DNA from: a virus
Lineage: Duplodnaviria; Caudoviricetes
Length of the DNA stretch: 64,000 bases
Virus record (IMG/VR): IMGVR_UViG_3300045747_000505
Strand: one strand, 5' to 3'
Shown: in pieces, positions 1 to 6,979 of the stretch
Layout: each line of letters begins with the position of its first letter
How positions within the stretch are numbered: position 1 is the first letter of the stretch
Notes under the pieces: model-generated
What the model was told of the DNA's origin: nothing
The model's database searches: none
Seen by the model: the letters and a program-made list of their open reading frames with translations, nothing else
Position numbers and translations under genes: made by a program

Positions 1-2
1 TG

Positions 3-746
3 GCGCAGTCCATTCGGCACCTCTCGGTCGCTCGCCACACCTTTGTGCCGCAGACGGGCCTCGCGCCTGGCCTCATCAACTACGTTGGCCTCGGTCTCGT
101 GGCTCAGCTTGAGGAGGCACCGGCTTCACTTCAGCTGCGCGTTGGCGTGCTGCCGCAGGTCGCCTTCAGCCCGTCGCAGTTTGCAATGACGAGCCGCGTC
201 GAGGACCTGGTCGAGTCGTACACGTATCCCTTCAACATCAAGACGCAGGGCAACGAGGAGCTCGTTGCTCCGCTTGACGGCTACGAAACGCTGCTGCTTA
301 ACGGGACACCATACGAAGCCTTCTACGCCAGCGGTAGCCTCGTTGACCTTGAGTGCTTCAACACGATTCCGAGCGTTGACTTCAAGGCCGTTCGGCCAGT
401 CGGTCACCTCGACTATCTTCAGAAGCTGCTCTCCAAAGTTGATGGTGATGACGCCATCGAGTTGTTCAAGCAGACCTTCAACACCACGCGCGATGACTTT
501 ATCATCTTCATTGCACACGCCACCGACGTCAAGGGTCACAGTATCTCATCTGGGCTCGTGTTCTACCCCAGCCTCGACCTGGACATCTCGGCTGACGAGC
601 TGTGCAATGCGGGAACTGCGTGTGGAATCATTGAAATGATCTTCGCCGAGAAGCTGGAAGCTGGCATTCTGAACGCTTCTCAAATCGACGCGGATGAGCT
701 GTTTCAAACTCAAGGTGTTCAGCTCATCTTCTACCAATCAGAATAA
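3..746 (+). CDS. Hypothetical protein, probably 5'-truncated by the window edge
   Basis: The frame of the 45..746 ORF is open back to base 3. Acidic protein with no recognisable motif. Confidence 0.6.
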   Translation, partial: AQSIRHLSVARHTFVPQTGLAPGLINYVGLGLVAQLEEAPASLQLRVGVLPQVAFSPSQFAMTSRVEDLVESYTYPFNIKTQGNEELVAPLDGYETLLLNGTPYEAFYASGSLVDLECFNTIPSVDFKAVRPVGHLDYLQKLLSKVDGDDAIELFKQTFNTTRDDFIIFIAHATDVKGHSISSGLVFYPSLDLDISADELCNAGTACGIIEMIFAEKLEAGILNASQIDADELFQTQGVQLIFYQSE

Positions 747-750
747 ATAG
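744..750 (+). promoter_or_regulatory. TAAATAG late-promoter-like motif
   Basis: Exact copy of the motif that precedes the virion and homing-endonuclease genes elsewhere in the window. Confidence 0.55.
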
Positions 751-790
751 GTAAGCGGCGATTCGACCGCAGAACAATCAAGGAGGTCCT

Positions 791-910
791 ATGGACATTT
801 TCTCACTCACAATCGGCATTGCCGTTGGCGCAGCCTTCGCACCATTCTGGATGATGGTTTGGAAGGGCATCAAGGCAAAGTTCTCAGCTTCAGTTCCGCC
901 GAAGAAGTAA
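791..910 (+). CDS. Small (39 aa) membrane protein not in the ORF track
   Basis: Strong RBS AAGGAGG at 780-786, ATG at 791, TAA at 908-910. Hydrophobic N-terminal half (MDIFSLTIGIAVGAAFAPFWMMVW) and a basic tail. Confidence 0.65.
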   Translation: MDIFSLTIGIAVGAAFAPFWMMVWKGIKAKFSASVPPKK

Positions 911-1144
911 GTGAACTCGTTCGCCATCGCCGGCCTCGTCATCTGGGTCGTCTTCGTCATCATCGCCTTGCTGGTGGTGATGGTGAGCGCCGCACCTGGG
1001 TATCGTCGGCGTCGGTCGGATCCGAATTACACCGGCCCAGAACGTCGAGCAAAGCCGGTGTCAAGCGACGTGTTTGAACAACCACTGCTGCGTCGTCACC
1101 CAGACTCAGAGAAAAAGGATACCGAAAATGGACATGACATTTGA
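911..1144 (+). CDS. Small single-pass membrane protein
   Basis: GTG start abuts the previous stop. One long hydrophobic helix followed by an Arg-rich tail. Confidence 0.6.
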   Translation: MNSFAIAGLVIWVVFVIIALLVVMVSAAPGYRRRRSDPNYTGPERRAKPVSSDVFEQPLLRRHPDSEKKDTENGHDI

Positions 1145-1271
1145 AGTTTTGAATGGCCTGACCTTCGGGCTAGAATATCTCGGTCGCGACGAGGACATTG
1201 ACGAGTCAGCCGTGGTGCTGCACTTTGCCTGCTTCCGTGCCATCCTTTGGCTTGGCGACTACGATAAATAG
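1128..1271 (+). CDS. Hypothetical protein (47 aa)
   Basis: ATG overlaps the end of the previous ORF; same frame as track ORF 1074..1271. Confidence 0.45.
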   Translation: MDMTFEVLNGLTFGLEYLGRDEDIDESAVVLHFACFRAILWLGDYDK

Positions 1272-1296
1272 ACCATCGAACTAAAACAGATTTGCG

Positions 1297-1333
1297 ACGG
1301 GACGTCTGTTTGTAACAGCCGTCCCGTTTTTGT
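1297..1333 (+). terminator. Rho-independent terminator
   Basis: 8-bp stem ACGGGACG (1297-1304) / CGTCCCGT (1320-1327) followed by a T tract. Confidence 0.7.
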
Positions 1334-1375
1334 TACAGCTCTGCGTGTGCAGAGCGCAAAGAACTAGAGTATAAT
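1312..1375 (+). promoter_or_regulatory. Early promoter (GTAAC..GTTAC upstream element, TATAAT), leaderless for the NUDIX gene
   Basis: GTAAC at 1312, GTTAC at 1332, TATAAT at 1370-1375; ATG follows 6 nt later. Confidence 0.7.
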
Positions 1376-1381
1376 GACAGC

Positions 1382-1843
1382 ATGACAACCCAACCTAAAG
1401 ATGACGCTGGCTACGAGAAGCGGTCCCGCGCAGGCCTGATCCCATTCATTCGTGATGGGCACGCCGGTGCGATTCAGTATCTCATGATGGTCAGCTCTGA
1501 CCCGAAGTTCGGCGGGCCTCGCCCGATGATCTCGAAGGGCAAGATCGAAGACGGTGAAACGCCAATCGAGGCGGCGAAGCGTGAGGCCGAGGAAGAGCTT
1601 GGCTTTCGCATGCGCAACTCGCGTGGCCTACCATGCCTCGTGTTCGACGGGCGTCAAGAGCTGTACTCAGGCGCCTATCACCTCACGGTGTATGGTGTCG
1701 AGGTTCAAAGTCGCTGGGACTTTGACAAGTGGTGTGACGAGACAGAGTACACCGTGTGGATGTCGTTGGAGGACTTCAAACAGAAAGGCCGGCGTGACCA
1801 CGTGAAGTTCGTGGAGACGCTGGAGCAAATGGTGACGCAATGA
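1382..1843 (+). CDS. NUDIX hydrolase
   Basis: Canonical NUDIX box GKIEDGETPIEAAKREAEEELG (GX5EX7REUXEEXG). Confidence 0.92.
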   Translation: MTTQPKDDAGYEKRSRAGLIPFIRDGHAGAIQYLMMVSSDPKFGGPRPMISKGKIEDGETPIEAAKREAEEELGFRMRNSRGLPCLVFDGRQELYSGAYHLTVYGVEVQSRWDFDKWCDETEYTVWMSLEDFKQKGRRDHVKFVETLEQMVTQ

Positions 1844-2436
1844 GCCGAATACTCTCGCTAGACTCGCAAGGCACGCCGAACGAGTGGATCTCACATCAGG
1901 ACGCAATCGTCTATCACGCAAAGTCGCTGGTTGCTTGGCAGCTCGGCGAGGGTGAAGGGGACGTGCTGTTCCGTGGTGGCGACAATCGTATCACTGGCCA
2001 GCAGTCACGCATCGTCACGGCGCCGATCATCGCCATCAAGGGCAAGGCGGCTGCGTCCAAGCGTCAGAAGCCACCGTCGCTGACGAACCCATCGCTGTTT
2101 CAGCGTGACGCTCACATCTGCGCCTACTGTGGCGACAAGTTCAGGTTTGACGACCTGACGCGTGACCACGTGGTTCCGACGTCGCGTGGTGGTCGAGACA
2201 TCTGGACGAACGTCGTCACCGCGTGCTCGCCGTGCAACAACGTCAAGGACAACCGAATGCTCGACGAGTGCGGCATGAAGTTGCTCTACGTTCCGTACGC
2301 ACCGAACCTGGCCGAAGCGCTGATCCTCAGCGGTCGCAACATTCTGGCTTGCCAGATGGAGTATCTCCTCGCCTTCATTCCGAAGGACTCACGAGTCCTC
2401 ACGCAACTGAGGGCTGATCAGGTACGTCTCCACTAG
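1840..2436 (+). CDS. HNH endonuclease (McrA-like)
   Basis: CAYCG...LTRDHVVPTSRGG..WTNVVTACSPCNNVK zinc-finger/HNH signature; ATGA coupling to NUDIX. Confidence 0.9.
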   Translation: MSRILSLDSQGTPNEWISHQDAIVYHAKSLVAWQLGEGEGDVLFRGGDNRITGQQSRIVTAPIIAIKGKAAASKRQKPPSLTNPSLFQRDAHICAYCGDKFRFDDLTRDHVVPTSRGGRDIWTNVVTACSPCNNVKDNRMLDECGMKLLYVPYAPNLAEALILSGRNILACQMEYLLAFIPKDSRVLTQLRADQVRLH

Positions 2437-2959
2437 ATTGACGCTTCCGTTCCCAGCTAAGCAACATGCTCGCCCGCCTTCTGTCTCTTGTTTCTTGAGA
2501 TTGAGGTGGGCGATTCTTGGCCACAAGGCGCATGGTCTCAGAAAAGGTTTCGCCACGATCCTTTCCGACCTTAGCCAAACGCATCTTCTCAAGGGTCTCT
2601 GGTGAGTGGGTCTTTCCGAAGAATGGATTCAACTTGCCGGCTTTGTCATAGACGGTCCCACGCTTGGCGACATTGAGGAGCGTTCCTCCCTCGTCAAGAT
2701 GGCTTCGGCCATACTGATCTATCAGCCCAGCTTCTAGATCAACAGCCTCGGTCTTTGTGAGGTCTGTCCGCAGCACTTCAACTATAGGTTCAAGCCCATC
2801 ATCCACAAGGGATTTTATCCACTTCGTCAGACGAGGACTTGCTGTTGTTCGTCCAAGCTTGATCAACCTAAGATGCGAGTACGGACGATCTGGCGAACCC
2901 TCTCCAACATACCGAACCTGAAAAGTCTTAGGACACTTCAACACGTACAGAACCTTCAT
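2399..2959 (-). mobile_element. Free-standing GIY-YIG homing endonuclease with a NUMOD3-like motif
   Basis: N-terminal VLYVL...RYVGEG and C-terminal NPFFGKTHSPETLEKMR. Visibly more AT-rich than its neighbours, antisense insertion, own RBS (GGAGGA) and TAAATAG motif. Confidence 0.85.
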
Positions 2960-2980
2960 GAGTATAATCCTCCTATGGAT

Positions 2981-2987
2981 CTATTTA
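2981..2987 (-). promoter_or_regulatory. TAAATAG late motif for the homing endonuclease
   Basis: CTATTTA on the + strand, upstream of the RBS and the ATG at 2959. Confidence 0.65.
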
Positions 2988-3027
2988 TCGGAGTATCTGA
3001 AGTCTTTTCAACATCTCGCACGCCCAC

Positions 3028-3062
3028 TAGGTGGGTGAGTGAATAAATAGCTCACCCACTTA
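3028..3062 (+). promoter_or_regulatory. Hairpin with the TAAATAG late motif in its loop, adjoining the RBS of the 3073 gene
   Basis: GTGGGTGAG (3031-3039) / CTCACCCAC (3051-3059) is a perfect 9-bp stem, extendable to 12 bp and reaching the start of TAAGGA. TAAATAG sits at 3044-3050. Confidence 0.65.
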
Positions 3063-3072
3063 AGGACCAACC

Positions 3073-3462
3073 ATGACACTGCTCGCAGAACTCCTCGACC
3101 TTCGTGAAGCCAAGGGCACCATCGTCGTCGCCAAGCTTTGGATCGGCTACATCACCGGCGAAGACGAAGAGTCGATGGCCGGCGAAGAAGCCGATCTGAA
3201 TGTCACCGTCTTCTACGACGCCAAGACGCCGGAAGCTGCTCAGGCTCTTGCTGCCAAGATGGGTGCCGATGATGTCGAGATCGATGATGGCGACTGCTAC
3301 GACGCGCTGAACCACTACGCGCAGAACGGTGCGCCGGCTCGCAAGGGCTACTCGAACCTGCACGGCCCTGCCTACGTCACCAGCGTGAAGATCGCCTCGA
3401 AGGAGCCGAAGCTTGCTCAACGCGTCTTCGCGTTCCATCCGGCTGATCTCGGCTTCGAGTAA
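3073..3462 (+). CDS. Hypothetical late protein with a possible cleavable N-terminal leader (MTLLAELLDLRE)
   Basis: RBS AAGGA, late motif upstream, phage-typical codon usage. Confidence 0.75.
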   Translation: MTLLAELLDLREAKGTIVVAKLWIGYITGEDEESMAGEEADLNVTVFYDAKTPEAAQALAAKMGADDVEIDDGDCYDALNHYAQNGAPARKGYSNLHGPAYVTSVKIASKEPKLAQRVFAFHPADLGFE

Positions 3463-3508
3463 GTCCTTTCGTTCCTGTTCAATTTTGTTTAGAGGTTGGA
3501 GAACCGCT

Positions 3509-4051
3509 GTGAATCCTATCGCCTATCTCGTGATGGCCATCTTCAACACGATCTACATCGGGCTGGCCGCATTCGGCCTGCTCTGGGTCTCGTTGTCTGG
3601 TTCGATGCTCGACGCGGTGATCGCGCTCAGTGTCGCTGCCGTCGGCTATCACCTGTCGAAGACCGCTGTGATCATGCTGCTGGCTCACTTCAACATGCCA
3701 GCGCCGATCTCAGCTGGCGCGATGCAGCGCGAGATCGACGAGCTGCTCGAGCTGTCATCGCAGCCTGACTTCAAGGTCACTCAAGAGATTGAGGACCGCA
3801 TGTTCCGAGTTGGCCTCAAGCCTGGCTACGACGTGGCTGATCGTGGTGAGCAGATCGGCACGCAGTTCGATGAGCCGATCTACGAGTGGATCGTCACGCA
3901 AGAGAGTCTGGCTGCGCCGTTGGCTCGCTACAACTACTGTGGTGCGGCTCAGCGCAACAGAGACGGTGTCGCCATCGAGGTCGATCGTGAGGACGTCGTC
4001 TGCTACAAGGGTCAGCTCTACGAGCTGGCGAAGGTCGACGAGAAAGCCTGA
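3509..4051 (+). CDS. Membrane protein (about 2-3 TM helices plus a soluble C-terminal domain)
   Basis: GGAGA RBS before GTG at 3509; hydrophobic N-terminal half. Confidence 0.7.
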   Translation: MNPIAYLVMAIFNTIYIGLAAFGLLWVSLSGSMLDAVIALSVAAVGYHLSKTAVIMLLAHFNMPAPISAGAMQREIDELLELSSQPDFKVTQEIEDRMFRVGLKPGYDVADRGEQIGTQFDEPIYEWIVTQESLAAPLARYNYCGAAQRNRDGVAIEVDREDVVCYKGQLYELAKVDEKA

Positions 4052-4085
4052 ACCTAAACAGCACCAACAACCATTCTCAAAAGTA

Positions 4086-4115
4086 GTGTACAATACACTC
4101 CTGTTCGATAAATAG
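4086..4115 (+). promoter_or_regulatory. Tandem sigma70-like -10 (TACAAT 4089-4094) and TAAATAG late motif (4109-4115) driving the ncRNA-Ro60 unit
   Basis: Both motifs recur at promoters across the window. Confidence 0.65.
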
Positions 4116-4116
4116 A

Positions 4117-4580
4117 ACTGTTGGCGAAAGCCACGCGAGCCGTCCGACCTTACAACGACGGCAAAGAACTAGTGAACCGCTAGGATTGATTATCAATGGC
4201 TGCCGCCGCAAGGCGAAAAGAGACCACTACTCGCAATATGTGGAATTCTCGATCCACCCTTCGTTCACACCCTTTCTAGGTCTTCAACTCTCATTCTGTT
4301 CAACCCAGTGCTAACCGGCTCGTCTTGGTTACCACAAGTGAAATGCGCTTAGGTACCTCTAGCTTCGGCCACGTCTTTTGCGCCGTACGTCAACTCGTTA
4401 ATTGACTAAGTCGTCGTGGCTGAAAACCACGAACGTTAGTGGGTCGAAACCACGCAGGCTATCGCGAGCCAGAAAAGAGCGATGTAGGCGAACCACTGAA
4501 GAGATTCAGCCGCCGAACTTCCGAGGCACAATTTCGTTGCCACTGGTTTGAACACCACTTTGCTGCACATCGCAGCCGTT
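4117..4580 (+). ncRNA. Putative large structured non-coding RNA (candidate Y-RNA-like Ro60 partner)
   Basis: About 480 nt with no credible ORF in an otherwise gene-dense genome. At least 12 hairpins, three with GNRA tetraloops (TGGC-GAAA-GCCA 4122-4133, CGCC-GCAA-GGCG 4204-4215, CTGAA-GAGA-TTCAG 4496-4509), plus long-range complementarity. Lies between a promoter and the Ro60 RBS. Ends are estimated. Confidence 0.6.
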
Positions 4581-4595
4581 CCAAGGAGAAACATC

Positions 4596-6221
4596 ATGTC
4601 AAACGTCTACGCAGAATTCGCATCCGCTGACTCGACTTCCAAGCAGGCTCGCCAGTCCACTTCCCCGACGCAGGTCATCCCGGGCCGTGAGGCCGACATG
4701 TCCGCCAACAACGGCGGTGGCTTCAGCTTCGTCATGACGAAGTGGGGCGTGCTCGACCGCTTCATCATGCTCGGCACCGAGAAGGCCGGCTACTACGTCG
4801 GCCAGAAGGAGCAGACGAAGCAGTCCTTCGACACCGTCAAGGCGTGTCTGAAGGAAGATGGTCTCCGCGTCGTGGCTCGCATCGTCGAGTACTCGCTGGC
4901 TGGTCGTGCTCCGAAGAATGATCCGGCCGTCGTGGCCCTGGCTCTCGCAGCCGTGTACGGTGACGACGCGACCCGCGCAGTAGCCTTCGAAGCGCTGCCG
5001 AAGGTCGCCCGTACCGGCACGTGGCTGTTCCTGTTCGTGTCGATCCTCGACTCGCTGGGCAAGTGGAACGCGGCTGCAAAGCGTGGCGTTGCCGCTTGGT
5101 ACACGACGAAGCAGGTCGACCGTCTGGCCGTTCAGCTGCTCAAGTACCAGTCCCGCAATGGCTGGGCGCACCGTGACGTTCTGCGTCTCGCGCACGTCAA
5201 GCCGTCGTCTGACGTTCAGTCGGCCCTGTTCCGCTACGCGGTGAAGGGTGCCGAGGGCATCGAGTTCGGCACGATGGTGCCGCAGCTGCTCGTCGACTTC
5301 GAGCTCTTGAAGCGCACGACCGACAAGAAGGAAGTGCTTCGCCTGATCGAGTCCAACGACTTCATCAGCTGGGAAATGGTCCCGACGCAGTGGCTGAAGG
5401 ATCCGGACGTGCTGACCCTGCTCGTCAAGAACATGGGCCTCACGGCCGTGATTCGCAAGCTGGGTGCGCTGACGGCCCATGGCGTGATCAAGCCGCTCTC
5501 GAGCGGTCTGAAGGACGTCGTGGCGAAGCTGACGGACTCCGAGCAGCTGAAGCGCCAGCGCGTTCACCCGATCACGCTGCTCCAGTCCCTGAAGCAGTAC
5601 TCGGTCGGCCACGGCGACAAGGGTTCGTTGGTCTGGGTTCCGAACCAGCGCGTCATCGATGCTCTGGACTCGGCGTTCTACGACGCGTTCACGCACGTCG
5701 AAACGAAGGGTGAGAACTACCTCATCGCGTGCGACATCTCTGGCTCGATGCAGGGTGCGAACGTCAACGGTTCTCCGAACCTCACGGCAGCTGAAGTTGC
5801 GGTGGTCATGGCGATGGTTGTTGCGCGCAAGCAGGACAACTACCACATCGTTGGCTACAACCAGCGTTTGGTCGACCTGCACGTCTCGCCGACGATGCGT
5901 CTCGACGCTGCCATGGCTTCGTACAAGAAGCAGCACTGGGACGGCGCCGGTACCGACTGCGCCAAGCCGTTCGAGGCTGCCCTCGCCAACAAGTGGCCTG
6001 TCGACAAGTTCGTCAGCATCACTGACAACGAGGTCAACTCGGGCTCGCAGCACCCGGCGCAGGCTCTGGCCAAGTACCGCAAGGGCTTGAACGCCATGGC
6101 GAAGTCGGTGGTCATCGGCACCTCGGTGTCGGAGTTCACCATCGCCGACCCGAAGGACTCCGGTTCTTTGGACATCGCAGGCTTCGACTCAGCTGCTCCG
6201 CAGCTGATCTCCGACCTGTGA
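4596..6221 (+). CDS. rsr: Ro60 / TROVE-vWA RNA-binding protein (Rsr-like)
   Basis: RBS AAGGAG at 4583-4588. TROVE motifs NNGGGFSF, LDRFIMLGTE, APKNDP, RTGTWLF, KYQSRNGWAHRDVLRLAH. vWA MIDAS DISGS, GTDC, TDNE and C-terminal DPKDSGSLDIAGFD. 541 aa, typical Ro60 length. Confidence 0.95.
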   Translation: MSNVYAEFASADSTSKQARQSTSPTQVIPGREADMSANNGGGFSFVMTKWGVLDRFIMLGTEKAGYYVGQKEQTKQSFDTVKACLKEDGLRVVARIVEYSLAGRAPKNDPAVVALALAAVYGDDATRAVAFEALPKVARTGTWLFLFVSILDSLGKWNAAAKRGVAAWYTTKQVDRLAVQLLKYQSRNGWAHRDVLRLAHVKPSSDVQSALFRYAVKGAEGIEFGTMVPQLLVDFELLKRTTDKKEVLRLIESNDFISWEMVPTQWLKDPDVLTLLVKNMGLTAVIRKLGALTAHGVIKPLSSGLKDVVAKLTDSEQLKRQRVHPITLLQSLKQYSVGHGDKGSLVWVPNQRVIDALDSAFYDAFTHVETKGENYLIACDISGSMQGANVNGSPNLTAAEVAVVMAMVVARKQDNYHIVGYNQRLVDLHVSPTMRLDAAMASYKKQHWDGAGTDCAKPFEAALANKWPVDKFVSITDNEVNSGSQHPAQALAKYRKGLNAMAKSVVIGTSVSEFTIADPKDSGSLDIAGFDSAAPQLISDL

Positions 6222-6345
6222 TACGGTTGATTCGCATGGACAAGTCGAACCGCATGGTTCGACTTGGTCTAGGCCGCAACAACGGCAAGTGGTTCGCTCG
6301 AGTGGATTTGTGGTGGGTCGGCGTTCGACTCACCCGCAACTAAGG
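6222..6345 (+). ncRNA. Putative small structured RNA or processing element downstream of Ro60
   Basis: Perfect 11-bp hairpin CAAGTCGAACC/GGTTCGACTTG (6241-6266) and a 9-bp hairpin GGTGGGTCG/CGACTCACC. Two GTTCGACT T-loop-like sequences. No U tract. Confidence 0.4.
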
Positions 6346-6352
6346 GAATCAC

Positions 6353-6979
6353 ATGAAGGTCTTCATCGGTCCGTACGTCAACTGGATTGGTCCATACCAA
6401 ATCGCTGGCTGGCTTCAGCACGTTGGCGTCAGCGAAGAGCGCTGCCACGAGCTTGGCGAGAAGCTGGCGAACACTTGGGTCAAGCCTGTCTGCGAGTGGA
6501 TTCACGGGCATCAGCACCGTAAGGTCAAGGTGAAGCTTCACCGCTACGACACGTGGAACATGGACTCCACGCTCTCACACATCGTCCTTCCAATGCTCAA
6601 GCAGCTTCACGCGACGAAGCACGGTGCGCCGTCCGTCGATGATGAGGACGTGCCTGAGCACCTTCGCTCCACCTCGGCGCCGCCGAGGGAGAACGAGTGG
6701 GACACGGACGAGAATCACTTCAAGCGCTTCGACTGGTTGCTTGAAGAGCTGATCTGGACCTTCGAGCAGCTTCACCCAGAGTGCGATGGCGAGTCGAAGT
6801 TCTTCTCTGGCGATTCAGATATTCAATTCAACAAGATTGAGGGTAGCGACCTGTACAGCATGGACCGCGGTCCGAAGGACACCTTCAAGATGGATCAAGA
6901 AGGTCTCAACGCCTACAAGGCGCGCATTCAAAAGGGTTGCGAGCTCTTCGGCAAATATTTGCAGGGATTATGGGATTGA
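6353..6979 (+). CDS. Hypothetical phage protein
   Basis: RBS AAGGGA, 208 aa, good codon usage. Resembles conserved hypotheticals of large myophages (YDTWNMDSTL motif); function unknown. Confidence 0.8.
   Translation: MKVFIGPYVNWIGPYQIAGWLQHVGVSEERCHELGEKLANTWVKPVCEWIHGHQHRKVKVKLHRYDTWNMDSTLSHIVLPMLKQLHATKHGAPSVDDEDVPEHLRSTSAPPRENEWDTDENHFKRFDWLLEELIWTFEQLHPECDGESKFFSGDSDIQFNKIEGSDLYSMDRGPKDTFKMDQEGLNAYKARIQKGCELFGKYLQGLWD

Noticed and set aside
4117-4580. RNase P RNA, tmRNA or group I intron identity for the large non-coding region
   Set aside because: Only fragments resemble RNase P (AAAAGAGACC, AACCGGCT). The GAGGAAAGTCC P4 signature, the tmRNA acceptor and T-arm ends, and the group I P/Q/R/S elements are not present.
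4439-4630. 63-aa ORF and the 4548 upstream start for Ro60
   Set aside because: No RBS and atypical codons. The real Ro60 start is ATG 4596 after AAGGAG.
4599-6053. Long antisense ORFs shadowing real genes (for example 4599..6053, 16743..17915, 20515..22068, 52206..53408, 57272..58315)
   Set aside because: These are expected artefacts of strong codon bias in GC-rich genes. They have no RBS or motifs and lie fully opposite clearly identified genes.
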